A stretch of 64,000 nt of DNA from a virus. Taxonomy: Duplodnaviria > Heunggongvirae > Uroviricota > Caudoviricetes. The stretch is from IMG/VR virus record IMGVR_UViG_3300049044_000033, positions 382,796-446,795 of that record; one strand, 5' to 3'. The notes below the pieces were generated by a model. That model searched no databases. It was not told the DNA's origin and saw only the letters and a program-made list of their open reading frames with translations. A program made the translations under genes and the position numbers. Shown here piece by piece: positions 54,215-64,000 of the stretch (its first letter is position 1; the number at the start of each line of letters is the position of its first letter).

Positions 54215-56161
54215 TTAAGCTGCGTAGCTGTAGCTTACCGAGATGGTGTCGCTTTCGTCAGCAGCATAGCCGTTGACCGAGTCAACCAGAGCCACAACCG
54301 AACCAGTAACCGAGAAACCAGTCTTCTTCAGCTTAACGCCGTTGATGAAGACCGAAACCGAACCAGCAACTGGAGCGTTAGCTAGGGTGACTTCTGCGTT
54401 AGCAGTTGCCGCGCCAGCCGACTCTTCTTCTGCGTGGATGGTAACGCCGAGAAGGGTCTTGAGCGAAGCAGCCGAAACATACTCAATGCCAGTGCCAGCA
54501 GTGTTCCAACGTAGGAAGCCGTCAGCCGCTGGGGTGCCGGTTTCTGCTAGGTCAGAGAAGTTAACGTTGCCAGCATTGAAGGTTAGTTCAAGACCGTCAC
54601 CGAAAACTGCTGCGGTGCCACCGGTGAGGGTGATTGCATCGTTAGCCGAAGTAACGTCGTTCTTGGTGATCGACAGTTCGAAACCAGCGTAGGAGTTACC
54701 GGAAACTACCAGAGCAGTTTCACCAGCAGCTGCCTCGATAGCAGGATCGGTATTGTCGAACTTGACCCACAGGCCAGTGCCGATGTAAGCAACGAAGTCG
54801 CCGATGTTAACGTCGAAAGCCTGATCAGCGAAGACAGCCGCGCCAGCAGTAGCGATACGATAAACGTCGCCCTCTTCAGCGGTTGCTTCCATAGTTGCCA
54901 GGTCTTCAGCAGTGATAGTGCCGTCGACAACACCCTTGAACACAAGTGCGTCCAGGTTAGTGATGCCCTGAATCTGGGTTACCAGATCAGCAATGTCATC
55001 AGTGTTGGTCTTGGTCTGAACGTCCAGAGCCTCAACTGCTGCCTTGAAAGTGGTCTTACCGACAACATAGTCACCGGTGAAAGCAGCAATGGTGCCATCG
55101 CTGTTTAGACCAACTGCGGTTTCAATTGCGTTGACTTCGTCTGCTAGCGAGCTGTCACCAGCAATAGCAGCAACCTGGTCAGCAACAGTCTTGATTGCTG
55201 CATCGAGAAGCTTGTCTGCGCTCTTCAGAGTGGTTGCACCGCTGATGTAGTGAACACCCGATGGAGCAGTTTCTGAGTTGTAGAGAGTTTCAGCTTCGTA
55301 AGCGCCAGTAACAGCAAGACCTGCGCCAGCCTGGGTTGCGTCTAGTTCCGAACCGAGTGCCGAAACTGCGGTAGTGCGAGCAGTTTCTTCAGCCTTCAGA
55401 GCAGCGTCCAGCTTACCAATAGCAACGCGATGGTTGTCTGGAGTAACTGCAGGAACTGCTGGGATGACGTTTTCTGGATCAGAAGCATCTTCTGGAATCT
55501 CAGCCGCACCCTGAACAATGAAATTACCGTTTGCGTAGAAGCTTGGGGTACCGTCAGTTGCCGAACCAACAGTTGCTTCTAGAGCATCTAGTTCGTCCTG
55601 AAGACCTTCCTCAACGCCAGTAGCGCGAGTAACTTCAGCAGCTAGATCGCTTTCCAGGGTGTCGATATCAGTCTTAGCAGTTGCCAAGTCAGTCTCAACG
55701 GTGTCAAGACGACCGTCAAGAGCAGTATCAGCTGCCGCATATGCGGTTTCTGCTGCTGCCAGTGCTGCGTCAACAGCAACGATTGCTGCCTTGACCGAAG
55801 CTGCTTCGTTAACAGCGGTGTGAGTTGAACCAGTGATAGCAGTGAAGGTACCGTCGGCGTTCAAGCCAACTGCGGTTTCAACTGCATCTAGTTCGTCCTG
55901 AACGCCCTGAGTACCAGTGCCAGCTAGATCTGCCAGTTCAGCCAGTGCCGACTGAACGTCAGTAGCAGTCAGACCGTCAATTGCCGAAACGGTGGTGTCA
56001 GCTGCGGCGGCCTTTTCGTAACCAAGTGCGCCACCTGCCAGAACCTTAAGGACCTGACCTGCGGTACCCTTGGAGAGAACGGTGCCATTACCGTTAGCGC
56101 CACCAATTAGCAGATCGTCTGCTGCTACGAGCTTAATCTGCTTTGCGCGTAATTGTGCCAT
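54215..56161 (-). CDS. Coiled-coil virion fibre protein
   Basis: Ala/Asp-rich heptads; repeated ELDA.E.AVGL..DGT; C-terminal VSVFINGV module. Confidence 0.8.
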   Translation of the reverse strand: MAQLRAKQIKLVAADDLLIGGANGNGTVLSKGTAGQVLKVLAGGALGYEKAAAADTTVSAIDGLTATDVQSALAELADLAGTGTQGVQDELDAVETAVGLNADGTFTAITGSTHTAVNEAASVKAAIVAVDAALAAAETAYAAADTALDGRLDTVETDLATAKTDIDTLESDLAAEVTRATGVEEGLQDELDALEATVGSATDGTPSFYANGNFIVQGAAEIPEDASDPENVIPAVPAVTPDNHRVAIGKLDAALKAEETARTTAVSALGSELDATQAGAGLAVTGAYEAETLYNSETAPSGVHYISGATTLKSADKLLDAAIKTVADQVAAIAGDSSLADEVNAIETAVGLNSDGTIAAFTGDYVVGKTTFKAAVEALDVQTKTNTDDIADLVTQIQGITNLDALVFKGVVDGTITAEDLATMEATAEEGDVYRIATAGAAVFADQAFDVNIGDFVAYIGTGLWVKFDNTDPAIEAAAGETALVVSGNSYAGFELSITKNDVTSANDAITLTGGTAAVFGDGLELTFNAGNVNFSDLAETGTPAADGFLRWNTAGTGIEYVSAASLKTLLGVTIHAEEESAGAATANAEVTLANAPVAGSVSVFINGVKLKKTGFSVTGSVVALVDSVNGYAADESDTISVSYSYAA

Positions 56162-56187
56162 ATATGTTTTCTCCTAGTTGATCAACT

Positions 56188-57264
56188 TTAGGATTTGTAG
56201 ATGAAGAACACTTCGTCATCTACGTCGACACCATAACCGGTTTCTACGGGGTCGAATATCAACACTTTTGAATCAGTATCAAAAGTGTAGTTTTCATTTT
56301 CAATACCATTGATTGACATGTAGAGAACTTCACGACAATCATCTGGTAATGTGAACGTAGTCTGTCCGGAAGCTACGTCTTCTACATCATATTTATGCGT
56401 TTCTGCGCCGGAATTAGTGTTACTTTCTGCCGGACGACCAATTAAAATGGCTCGATCTGGGCGGTCTAGACGCATGTAAATCGGACGAGGATTTACTAAA
56501 GGTTTTGAACTAGTTAGCTTGCCTGCATTCTCAGGATCAGCATAGAAGATAGTTCCATGGACGCCTGCTAGTGGTGGCTTTACTCTAGTTACAAGACTTC
56601 CAAGTGGTCTGTAGTTGAAGTAATCCAAACCTGGAACGTTGATTCGAGTCACTATACCAACAGCATTAGATATGTTTGCTGCATCAGTTTTTAGGTATCC
56701 GCCTAAATTCACTGGATCAGCATAAATGAGATCGCCTAATTCCATACCATGGCTAGACTGTTTTACTAGGACGAATTCGTCCGCGTTCATAGCTAGAAAT
56801 CGGGCTTCAAGGTCATTGATGCTATTTGTTGATATAAAACCATCAGGAACTGGACCCAACATTGGGAGGCCATCATCGCCAATCTTAAAGATAATACAAT
56901 TACCTTCAGGGAAGATGCCTAGACCATTCTGTTCTGGATTTGAGAATAGGTTAAATCGCTCAGTATCTTCAACAACGCAGGTTACCGAAGACGCGGAAGA
57001 TGAAAGAATCTCCACGACCTGGACTGACATGCCACCGCCTCCACCAGCAACCCAATCGTCAACTTCGATGTCATTCCCATTGAATTCAAACGGAGTAGGG
57101 GTGCTAGGGCTTGAATGCATCTGGGGTTGTAGGTTGAGAGTGACTTCCCAACGATATGGATAACCGATGAATGGATCTCCGGATCCGTCATCCTCGTTCC
57201 AATATGCGTTTTCCTGGTTAATGACAAAAGTGCCAAACAACAGGAGGTTCGGTGTAATAGCCAT
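56188..57264 (-). CDS. Virion structural protein
   Basis: In fibre block; C-terminal GQTTFTL..MSING module. Confidence 0.7.
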   Translation of the reverse strand: MAITPNLLLFGTFVINQENAYWNEDDGSGDPFIGYPYRWEVTLNLQPQMHSSPSTPTPFEFNGNDIEVDDWVAGGGGGMSVQVVEILSSSASSVTCVVEDTERFNLFSNPEQNGLGIFPEGNCIIFKIGDDGLPMLGPVPDGFISTNSINDLEARFLAMNADEFVLVKQSSHGMELGDLIYADPVNLGGYLKTDAANISNAVGIVTRINVPGLDYFNYRPLGSLVTRVKPPLAGVHGTIFYADPENAGKLTSSKPLVNPRPIYMRLDRPDRAILIGRPAESNTNSGAETHKYDVEDVASGQTTFTLPDDCREVLYMSINGIENENYTFDTDSKVLIFDPVETGYGVDVDDEVFFIYKS

Positions 57265-57272
57265 GTTACTCC

Positions 57273-60155
57273 TTAAAACATCATAATTCTAATGTAGGCA
57301 TGACCACCAGCAGTGGTACCGACGTTAGAGGTTGTTGCACTCTTGAAATAGAGCTTAGTTTCATTTAGGTAGTATTCGACTTCAAATAACGCACTAGGTG
57401 AACGTTGCTGGTAGTTGGCACCTTTAGTTGGATCTGTTGCAACATAGCCGTAAGCAAAGAAACCAGCTACTGTACCAATGCCCGCAGGATGAGTTAGTTC
57501 AAAGCTGTTTGTACCTGACGAAGTATTGATGTTCGAAACTGACCACCCTGCAGGTAGTCCGGTAATTGTTGAAATGATAGGAGTAGAAGCAGTGTCATAA
57601 TCAATACGGAAGGTATAGATAGTTGGACCACTAGAAGCACCACCGCCTGGGATATTTACCGTGACTGTGCCACTATTATGTGTTGCAGTAACACCAGCAC
57701 CAGTAAAGTTCAGAGCTGTTGGAGCGGCGGCAATTTGCGAGCCTTCGTCCTGAACTGCCACGATATTGCCATTGGTGCCGTTCGTACCTGCAGGACCGGT
57801 AGCACCAGTATCACCCTTTGGACCAGTTGCACCAGCGGGACCAACTAGACTTACTCCTGCACCCGGCCAAGCACCACTTGCCTTTGGACCAAACAAAGTG
57901 TTGGTCGATGTGTTGATGTAGAAATCACCATTATTACCTAGGCCGTTGCTTGGCGCAGTGGTGCCGTTGAGAACTGTCTTACCATCTGCACCAGCAGGAC
58001 CAGTTGCACCGGTCGCTCCCTGTGGGCCAACATCACCAGTGTCCCCCTTTGGACCAGTGGGACCGGCTGGACCAGTTTCACCGATTGGTCCTTGAGGACC
58101 CGTGGCACCGGTTGCGCCAGTATCACCCTTGTCCCCTTTGACTTGGCCAACATCCACTGGAGTTGCATTATCGGAATATGTGATAAGCAGATGGCCACTA
58201 CCATCGATCGAGGTAGTGACAATACCTCGTCCATCGTCACCATCTACGCCAGCTGGACCTTGAGGACCAGTTGAACCCGCAGGACCCTGTGGACCAGTGG
58301 CACCAGTTTCACCAGTATCACCTTTGTCGCCCTTAGGTCCCAGGATGCTACCGGAGACATTAACAACAGAGCTATCGCTCATTGTGAGGGTTAGAGTTGA
58401 ACCTGAGACCGAAGCACTAGAGATGCTCGTTCCCTGAGGACCAATTGGACCCTGGCTACCTGTGTCGCCCTTGTCTCCCTTAACCAATCCAGCATCGGTG
58501 GAAGAGGTATCAGTGTAGGTAACAATTAGATGGCCACTGCCGTCAATAGTAACTGAGGCTACGCCCTTACCTGCTGCACCAGTAGCGCCGGTTGGTCCAG
58601 TTGCACCAGTTTCACCGGTTGGTCCAACTGGGCCTTGTGGACCAGCAGGACCAGTAATGTCACCAGCATCGATTTGGGTGCTGTCTGACATTCCGAGAAT
58701 TAAGTGGGCATTAGTGACAGACGCGCTTGTTACATGACGTCCTGCAGGACCAGTTAAACCTTGTGGACCTTGGCTACCAGTCTCGCCAGTATCACCCTTA
58801 TCACCCTTCGGGCCTCTAACACTTCCTGTAACAACAATCTCATTGCTGTTGCTCATAGTCAGTGTAAGGGTATCACCAGTTACTGAGGCACTAGCAATGC
58901 TTGGACCTGTAGGACCGGTAGCACCGGTAGAACCAGCAGGGCCCTGTGGACCAACTTCGCCTTGAATACCTTGAGGGCCTTGTGGACCAGTAGCGCCAGT
59001 GGCGCCGGTAGCACCTTTAACTAGACCTAAATCAACGGGGCTACCTAGAGCATCTGTGTAGGTAACTTGAAGATGACCACTGCCGTCAATCGACATTGAG
59101 GAGACTTCGCGTCCACCGCTGCTGCCCGTAGCCGAAAACTTAATGCGACGATGACCGTTGCCGTCATCATCTGCCATTGAGATTTCAATACCAGCGCCTT
59201 GTTCGAAAATCAAACGTGATTGCGCGCCATAAGATGGAGCATATTGTCCATCTGGATCCCAAATTCCAACATCGGGTCCAAGAGCTCGCAAGGTAAAATT
59301 CGAGCCATCTAGATCGGCCGAAGCTGCTAGTCCATCTCCAACATTAACAGTTGAAGGTGTCCAAGCATTGAGTTGCTCGTCTGCGGTATAGGTAAACTCA
59401 AGTGGACTGCTTGAATTCCCACCTGCTACATCAACAGTAACTGAATTGAAATTATCACTTGTGACTACTAGCCCAGGTCCGAAATTAAAATTTACGATAC
59501 CAGAGAGATCTACGTTTTCACCAGTAACTGCTAAGTTGACCGATACAACTCTACCATTTGGGCCTTCGCTGCCCTCGAGTAGAATACCGTTTCCAAACTC
59601 AATAAAGTTCGTGTAACCGAAATCTACATTAGAGGAACCAGTAATCAGTCCAGGAACGTGAATGATTGCAGTATCAGTGGAATCATCATCTACTAATAAT
59701 TCAACACCTGCACCAGTGACAACTAGATTAGATACTGCTTCAATAGGAGTACCGTCTGTTGCTTCGTTATTTTCATCATAGAAACGTTCGACTACTGAAA
59801 GAGGACTACCGTCGCCGGCTGGACCTTGAGGGCCTTGTGGGCCTTGTGGACCAGTAGGTCCGGCAGGACCTTGTGGACCGGTATCGCCTTTATCACCCTT
59901 GTTGCCTTTATCGCCCTTTTCTCCCTTAGCACCGTTCCCTACTACTGGGACAATACTATTAGGATGAGTGGGACCAGATGAAGGTACCTGAGCCGTGGGA
60001 GCCTTTACATAGAGCTTGCCATCACCAGCGCCGATTTCAACACGAACGTCATCAAACGATTCGCCAGGATCTTCGCTACTTGGATTTGGGCTAATTGCTA
60101 CTTTTCCAGGAACTGGAAGATAGGTACCTGGTTTATCAGGAGTGGGTCCGGCCAT
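57273..60155 (-). CDS. Collagen-like fibre protein
   Basis: Many G-X-Y runs (GPQGPTG, KGDKGD) separated by repeated beta modules. Confidence 0.9.
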   Translation of the reverse strand: MAGPTPDKPGTYLPVPGKVAISPNPSSEDPGESFDDVRVEIGAGDGKLYVKAPTAQVPSSGPTHPNSIVPVVGNGAKGEKGDKGNKGDKGDTGPQGPAGPTGPQGPQGPQGPAGDGSPLSVVERFYDENNEATDGTPIEAVSNLVVTGAGVELLVDDDSTDTAIIHVPGLITGSSNVDFGYTNFIEFGNGILLEGSEGPNGRVVSVNLAVTGENVDLSGIVNFNFGPGLVVTSDNFNSVTVDVAGGNSSSPLEFTYTADEQLNAWTPSTVNVGDGLAASADLDGSNFTLRALGPDVGIWDPDGQYAPSYGAQSRLIFEQGAGIEISMADDDGNGHRRIKFSATGSSGGREVSSMSIDGSGHLQVTYTDALGSPVDLGLVKGATGATGATGPQGPQGIQGEVGPQGPAGSTGATGPTGPSIASASVTGDTLTLTMSNSNEIVVTGSVRGPKGDKGDTGETGSQGPQGLTGPAGRHVTSASVTNAHLILGMSDSTQIDAGDITGPAGPQGPVGPTGETGATGPTGATGAAGKGVASVTIDGSGHLIVTYTDTSSTDAGLVKGDKGDTGSQGPIGPQGTSISSASVSGSTLTLTMSDSSVVNVSGSILGPKGDKGDTGETGATGPQGPAGSTGPQGPAGVDGDDGRGIVTTSIDGSGHLLITYSDNATPVDVGQVKGDKGDTGATGATGPQGPIGETGPAGPTGPKGDTGDVGPQGATGATGPAGADGKTVLNGTTAPSNGLGNNGDFYINTSTNTLFGPKASGAWPGAGVSLVGPAGATGPKGDTGATGPAGTNGTNGNIVAVQDEGSQIAAAPTALNFTGAGVTATHNSGTVTVNIPGGGASSGPTIYTFRIDYDTASTPIISTITGLPAGWSVSNINTSSGTNSFELTHPAGIGTVAGFFAYGYVATDPTKGANYQQRSPSALFEVEYYLNETKLYFKSATTSNVGTTAGGHAYIRIMMF

Positions 60156-60206
60156 GATCGATCAATCCTCTATTCTGTAGTTCCGATATTTAGCCACACA
60201 AAGAGG

Positions 60207-60632
60207 TCAGCGAGCGAGAATAATCTTCACCACATTGCCATATTGGGCTATAAGACTTGGGTCGTTTTCGAACAGAACATCTTCAAGATAAGTGCGATCC
60301 ATACGGGCACGAACCCAGAGCGCATTGACCTTAAAAGTCCTGCCTACAACTAAAGTATCACCTCCGGTTTCCATGCTACCGGTTGGCTTATTGGGATTTA
60401 GGGGGAACTCTATATAGGGAGTAGTTCCTAGAGAGATTGGGAACCAATCTGTTGAACTCGGATTGAGGGCGAGACTTCCCTCAATGTGAATTCGACCAGT
60501 GAAGTTTACTACCTGTATCGAGACGGTATGAAGCCCATCACGGTGGCCATACCACCCATCTGCCTTGCAATGAAGACCAGTCAGGTTCGCAAATCCTTGG
60601 CTGCTTGACATCATTTCTACGGTGTTGGGCAT
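60207..60632 (-). CDS. Hypothetical late/virion protein
   Basis: TAAATA upstream; DGLHTV...FTGRI.IEGSL. Confidence 0.7.
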   Translation of the reverse strand: MPNTVEMMSSSQGFANLTGLHCKADGWYGHRDGLHTVSIQVVNFTGRIHIEGSLALNPSSTDWFPISLGTTPYIEFPLNPNKPTGSMETGGDTLVVGRTFKVNALWVRARMDRTYLEDVLFENDPSLIAQYGNVVKIILAR

Positions 60633-60650
60633 ATCGATCTCCCTTTTCCA

Positions 60651-60656
60651 TATTTA
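60651..60656 (-). promoter_or_regulatory. Putative late-promoter core TAAATA (representative copy)
   Basis: Recurs upstream of starts at 5295, 10594, 17075, 23661, 24811(+), 34315, 43942, 45134, 51584, 60187 and 60651. Confidence 0.6.
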
Positions 60657-60698
60657 ACGAATAATGACTTCTACCCAACACTCCAGTTAATTAGGTGA

Positions 60699-61493
60699 AT
60701 GAGCCTTTTTTCTAAACTCGCCCAACTGGGCAAGATGTTCACACTTAAGGATGTGCCGGATCTCATCCCAGTTCCTGAAGAGAATCTGTTCTATAGAAAC
60801 CTTGATATCCCCGATGGTCCAGGGCTAGACACACTCAACTGGATTATTGAGCAACTACCTCCTCTCGATATGAGAAAGGGTCCATGGATTGCCGGTGGGG
60901 CTGTTAGGAGGATTCTTGAGGGCAAGTCATTGGAAGGAGGAGATGTTGACATCTTCTTTGCTTCAAGTGCCCAATATAAGAGGTTCAAACATTGTCTATC
61001 TGGATTTGAAAAAGTAATCGAGACTAGGAGGGCAACTACCTTCTTGGTGCAAGGGATCCAAGTTCAGGTAATCTGTAGGCAATTCTACCTCACAGTGGAA
61101 GACCTATTCAAGGACTTTGATTTCTCAGTTTGTCAGATTGCAACCGATGGAAAGAAGATTGCGGTCTCTAACCAAGGTTATAATGATATTAGGTCTAAGT
61201 CTCTCAGGTTTGCTCCTGGTGGTAAAGTTGCTCGTCAGACTGTAATCAAGCGAATGAACAAGTATTTGGCGCATGGGTTTATTCCCGAACCTGGTCTATA
61301 TGAGACTATGGTTCAGAGCGGTCTCACTTGTGTCTCGAGCTATTCAATCTTTGAAGGATCTGAACGAGAGTTTTCCTCCAACTATGAAATTGAAGAAGGC
61401 AAAGAAGAGCCCCAGATAAATGTTGAGGATATGAGCGCGGAGATTTTGCGCGAAGCAGCCCAACGTCTAGGAATCGAGATACCACATGAATGA
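60699..61493 (+). CDS. Pol-beta superfamily nucleotidyltransferase (CCA/poly(A) polymerase head-like)
   Basis: WIAGGAVRR...DVDIFF; FDFSVCQ; RMNKY. Confidence 0.85.
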   Translation: MSLFSKLAQLGKMFTLKDVPDLIPVPEENLFYRNLDIPDGPGLDTLNWIIEQLPPLDMRKGPWIAGGAVRRILEGKSLEGGDVDIFFASSAQYKRFKHCLSGFEKVIETRRATTFLVQGIQVQVICRQFYLTVEDLFKDFDFSVCQIATDGKKIAVSNQGYNDIRSKSLRFAPGGKVARQTVIKRMNKYLAHGFIPEPGLYETMVQSGLTCVSSYSIFEGSEREFSSNYEIEEGKEEPQINVEDMSAEILREAAQRLGIEIPHE

Positions 61494-61926
61494 TCTTCAG
61501 AACTTTGTTAAGAAGCATTGCGTCCTGAGCAAGCTATCTGAGAAGCCCTTAGTGCGTCAATGGCAGCATCTAGAGCTAGTCTTTGTCCACGGTTACCCTA
61601 TGACCCTTCGGGGCTTCTACATGCTTTGTAACAAAGCTGTATTCGGCAATTCGCTCTACATGAGGGGCAGGATATGGAATGACCTTCATGCAGAAACAAA
61701 ATTGCTTTGCTGGGGACTAGGTCACAAGTTGATTGAGGGACGAGAAGCATTCAGTGTCGTGGATGGGATTAGGGCTGCTATTGGCTGGAATAAAGACGCC
61801 GCAGATCAGGCAACCCGTTGGAATGCTGAGCCAACAGATAATCCAATACATTATTGGCTTGAAGAAGTAGAGCGACAAGTAGCCGCTCTAAAGGGAGTTA
61901 CTCTCCCAGGTCCACAACTTCGATAA
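61486..61926 (+). CDS. Hypothetical protein
   Basis: Overlaps the nucleotidyltransferase stop. Confidence 0.65.
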   Translation: MNDLQNFVKKHCVLSKLSEKPLVRQWQHLELVFVHGYPMTLRGFYMLCNKAVFGNSLYMRGRIWNDLHAETKLLCWGLGHKLIEGREAFSVVDGIRAAIGWNKDAADQATRWNAEPTDNPIHYWLEEVERQVAALKGVTLPGPQLR

Positions 61927-62080
61927 GAAGTTTAGTTCCCTGTGCTTCGAAGAGAAGCTGCTCTGCCATAAGCATGAGGGCTTCCTTCATTTCAGGAGTC
62001 AAGATGATCTCCTGAACTTCGCCGTCCTTGAGCAGTTTGCTAATCTTAACGACGACGATTTCTTCATGTAGCTTGGCCAT
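61898..62080 (-). CDS. Small hypothetical protein
   Basis: AAGGAGG RBS; MAKLHEEIVVVKISKL. Confidence 0.7.
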   Translation of the reverse strand: MAKLHEEIVVVKISKLLKDGEVQEIILTPEMKEALMLMAEQLLFEAQGTKLLIEVVDLGE

Positions 62081-62110
62081 TATAGCCTCCTTGTTTCCTG
62101 GACCAAATAT

Positions 62111-62344
62111 TTAGTCCAAGTTAGGAAGCTTTCCAGCCAAGCTAGTGAGGTTAGTGCGCACCAGTTCCATCTGACCTACTAGGCCACTAAGCTGATCCTG
62201 AAGGTCAAGGATCTGAATCTTGAGCATCTCATTGACACCCTTGACCTTTGACAGCTTTGCTTGGAGGTCTAGACACTCTGCTTCCTTAGCAGTGAGCTCT
62301 TCCCTCAACTGGGCAGGAGTTTTGAAGTCGATAACATTGCTCAC
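62111..62344 (-). CDS. Coiled-coil hypothetical protein
   Basis: GTG start with GGAGG RBS; MSNVIDFK. Confidence 0.65.
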   Translation of the reverse strand: MSNVIDFKTPAQLREELTAKEAECLDLQAKLSKVKGVNEMLKIQILDLQDQLSGLVGQMELVRTNLTSLAGKLPNLD

Positions 62345-62453
62345 GAAAACACCTCCACTACCACAGCAATCATCATGATCACGCATACAATTGCGGCCCC
62401 TAGAATAAAGGCCATGCCGAGCATCATCCGTTCAAGCAAATCACCCACAATCC

Positions 62454-62654
62454 TTACTCCGGCTTATATACCTGGCGAGTCTTAGGATCGACGCAGAGGA
62501 CCTTGTGATCAACTATAAAAGACTCTCGACCAATCCTCGCACAAGCATTCCTCTGCTCTTCTGCCTTCTTAGACAGGGGCACGGGCATGACTATTGCCAG
62601 AACCAATAAACAGATGCTTATCGTGGCACCAAATCCAGCAAGAAAGCCGTCCAT
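62454..62654 (-). CDS. Small membrane-anchored protein
   Basis: N-terminal TM; Cys pair. Confidence 0.6.
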   Translation of the reverse strand: MDGFLAGFGATISICLLVLAIVMPVPLSKKAEEQRNACARIGRESFIVDHKVLCVDPKTRQVYKPE

Positions 62655-63007
62655 TAGAATTCCTCAATCTGACGGTTCTTTGGCTTGCGACCACGGCGCT
62701 TACCAAGCACTGCCTTACCGCCATCAGCAGTTACGTTATAGACATCTGCAAAGCGAATCGGATCCATACCGTCAATAGTCTCAATGGCTTCTGCCATCAC
62801 GCTAGTGGGCTTACCAGAGCGCAGGTCAGCAAGCCTAAATACAACCTTACCATCTTCGCGCACAATCGTCTGAGCAATTGAAAAATCACCGGTCACCAAA
62901 ACTGTGTTGACACTGCAGAGCCCCTTACCCTGATACTTTGCGCGGACTTCAGTCCCTGCTGGCAAAACACCCTTAGCGACCAGAGCTTCAGCTAACTTGT
63001 TATCCAT
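62654..63007 (-). CDS. Hypothetical protein with basic C-terminus
   Basis: IDGMDP..FA; KRRGRKPK; likely start MDNKL. Confidence 0.7.
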   Translation of the reverse strand: MDNKLAEALVAKGVLPAGTEVRAKYQGKGLCSVNTVLVTGDFSIAQTIVREDGKVVFRLADLRSGKPTSVMAEAIETIDGMDPIRFADVYNVTADGGKAVLGKRRGRKPKNRQIEEF

Positions 63008-63120
63008 ATTTGAAACGACTCCACAACGTACCGATCTAAGGGTGCGCCGTTCCGATCTATTGGTCGTTTCTGTATGCTTGATGTTTAGCAGTTCTAGAGG
63101 GTAAATCAAGCGTCAAGGTG

Positions 63121-63152
63121 ATCACCAGGTGAGAAAAATCCCACCTGGTGAT
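63121..63152. terminator. Hairpin after the clpA-like gene
   Basis: ATCACCAGGTG...CACCTGGTGAT. Confidence 0.55.
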
Positions 63153-63160
63153 CTTAGTTC

Positions 63161-64000
63161 TTACGCGATTTCAGTGAGTTCCAGGACTTCAGCCTCAGGA
63201 AGAGGAGTAGCCTGGATATCTAGCACCAAAGCATCATCAGCTACGCTGACTAGCACCATGCCACCACGCTTGAGGTCACTGAACAACATTGCCCGGCTAA
63301 GAGGCTGTGAGAGTTCATTCTGAATCAAACGAGCCAGAGGACGCGCACCCATCTTGGGATCATAACCCTTACGAGCCAGATATTCAAATGCATCGTCACC
63401 AAGAGCAATTGTTACACCCTTGCTATTAGCCATCTTGTTCAGCTGGGCAATGAACTTCTTCACGATGCGGATCATGTTCTCGCTCTTGAGAGCGTTGAAC
63501 TTCACGATTGCATCCAGTCGGTTACGGAACTCAGGAGCAAACATCTTTTCAATGACCTTGTCATCGTTGCCTGCAACCGAATTGTCACCAAAGCCCAAGG
63601 TGTTCTTCGCAAGCTCACTTGCACCAGCATTGCTGGTCATGATCAGGATCACGTTGCGGAAGTTCACCGTCTTGCCTGCGCTGTTGGTCAACTGGCCATT
63701 ATCCATGACCTGCAGGAAGATGTTGAAAATGTCCGGGTGAGCCTTCTCAAGTTCGTCGATGAGAAGGACGCAATGAGGACTATTCTCAACCGCGTTGGTC
63801 AGAAGACCCGAACCCGACGCACCATCACCAAATCCAACATAACCCGGAGGGCTACCAATGAACTTAGAGACACTGTGCTTCTCCATGTATTCGCTCATAT
63901 CGAAACGATGTAGAGGAATATTCAGAGTGGCAGCAAGCTGCTTCGCAAGCTCAGTCTTACCTACGCCCGTAGGACCAGCAAAGAGGTAGCTACCCTGTGG
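63161..64000 (-). CDS. clpA: ClpA/ClpB-family ATPase, C-terminal AAA+ domain (5' partial)
   Basis: GPTGVGKTELAK, FDMSEY, IGSPPGYVG, DELEKAH, PEFRNRLD, MGARPL. Confidence 0.9.
   Translation of the reverse strand, partial: PQGSYLFAGPTGVGKTELAKQLAATLNIPLHRFDMSEYMEKHSVSKFIGSPPGYVGFGDGASGSGLLTNAVENSPHCVLLIDELEKAHPDIFNIFLQVMDNGQLTNSAGKTVNFRNVILIMTSNAGASELAKNTLGFGDNSVAGNDDKVIEKMFAPEFRNRLDAIVKFNALKSENMIRIVKKFIAQLNKMANSKGVTIALGDDAFEYLARKGYDPKMGARPLARLIQNELSQPLSRAMLFSDLKRGGMVLVSVADDALVLDIQATPLPEAEVLELTEIA

Noticed and set aside
57700-59950. Repeated GGACCAG/GGACCTTG DNA units as a possible CRISPR or tandem array
   Set aside because: They are codons for collagen G-P-X repeats; there is no constant repeat-spacer structure.
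1-64000. Genome-wide TAG reassignment (alternative genetic code)
   Set aside because: All long replication and structural genes are open in the standard code, and uvsE appears to end properly at TAG. Only local readthrough is supported.

Overview
This is a densely coding, mostly minus-strand segment of a large (jumbo-type) tailed dsDNA phage genome. Replication and repair: PolB, sliding clamp, RNase H/5' nuclease, NAD-dependent ligase, UvsE, an HhH glycosylase and ThyX. RNA repair and translation: Pnkp-like kinase-phosphatase, Rnl1, a nucleotidyltransferase, Pth2, CysRS and a GlyRS-like catalytic domain. Also present: ClpP/ClpA, a MoxR-AAA/vWA pair, CoaD/CoaE, a K+ channel, a FolE/QueD/QueE + PRTase + glycosyltransferase cluster, and a block of virion fibre and collagen genes. 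The main finding is a candidate phage-encoded amber (UAG) suppression circuit at about 8.9-12.6 kb. A 76-nt tRNA with a CUA anticodon and a tRNA-Gly-like acceptor end sits in one apparent operon with a GlyRS-like synthetase that lacks the anticodon-binding domain. The nearby pth2 gene has an in-frame TAG at codon 8, upstream of its conserved N-terminal strand. TAG stops are rare in the window (5 of about 90 by my hand count), and two of them are followed directly by TGA. Two expanded families of small paralogous proteins are also visible. All family calls come from motif recognition, not database searches. The ORF track gives the wrong strand for coaE and coaD; both are on +.
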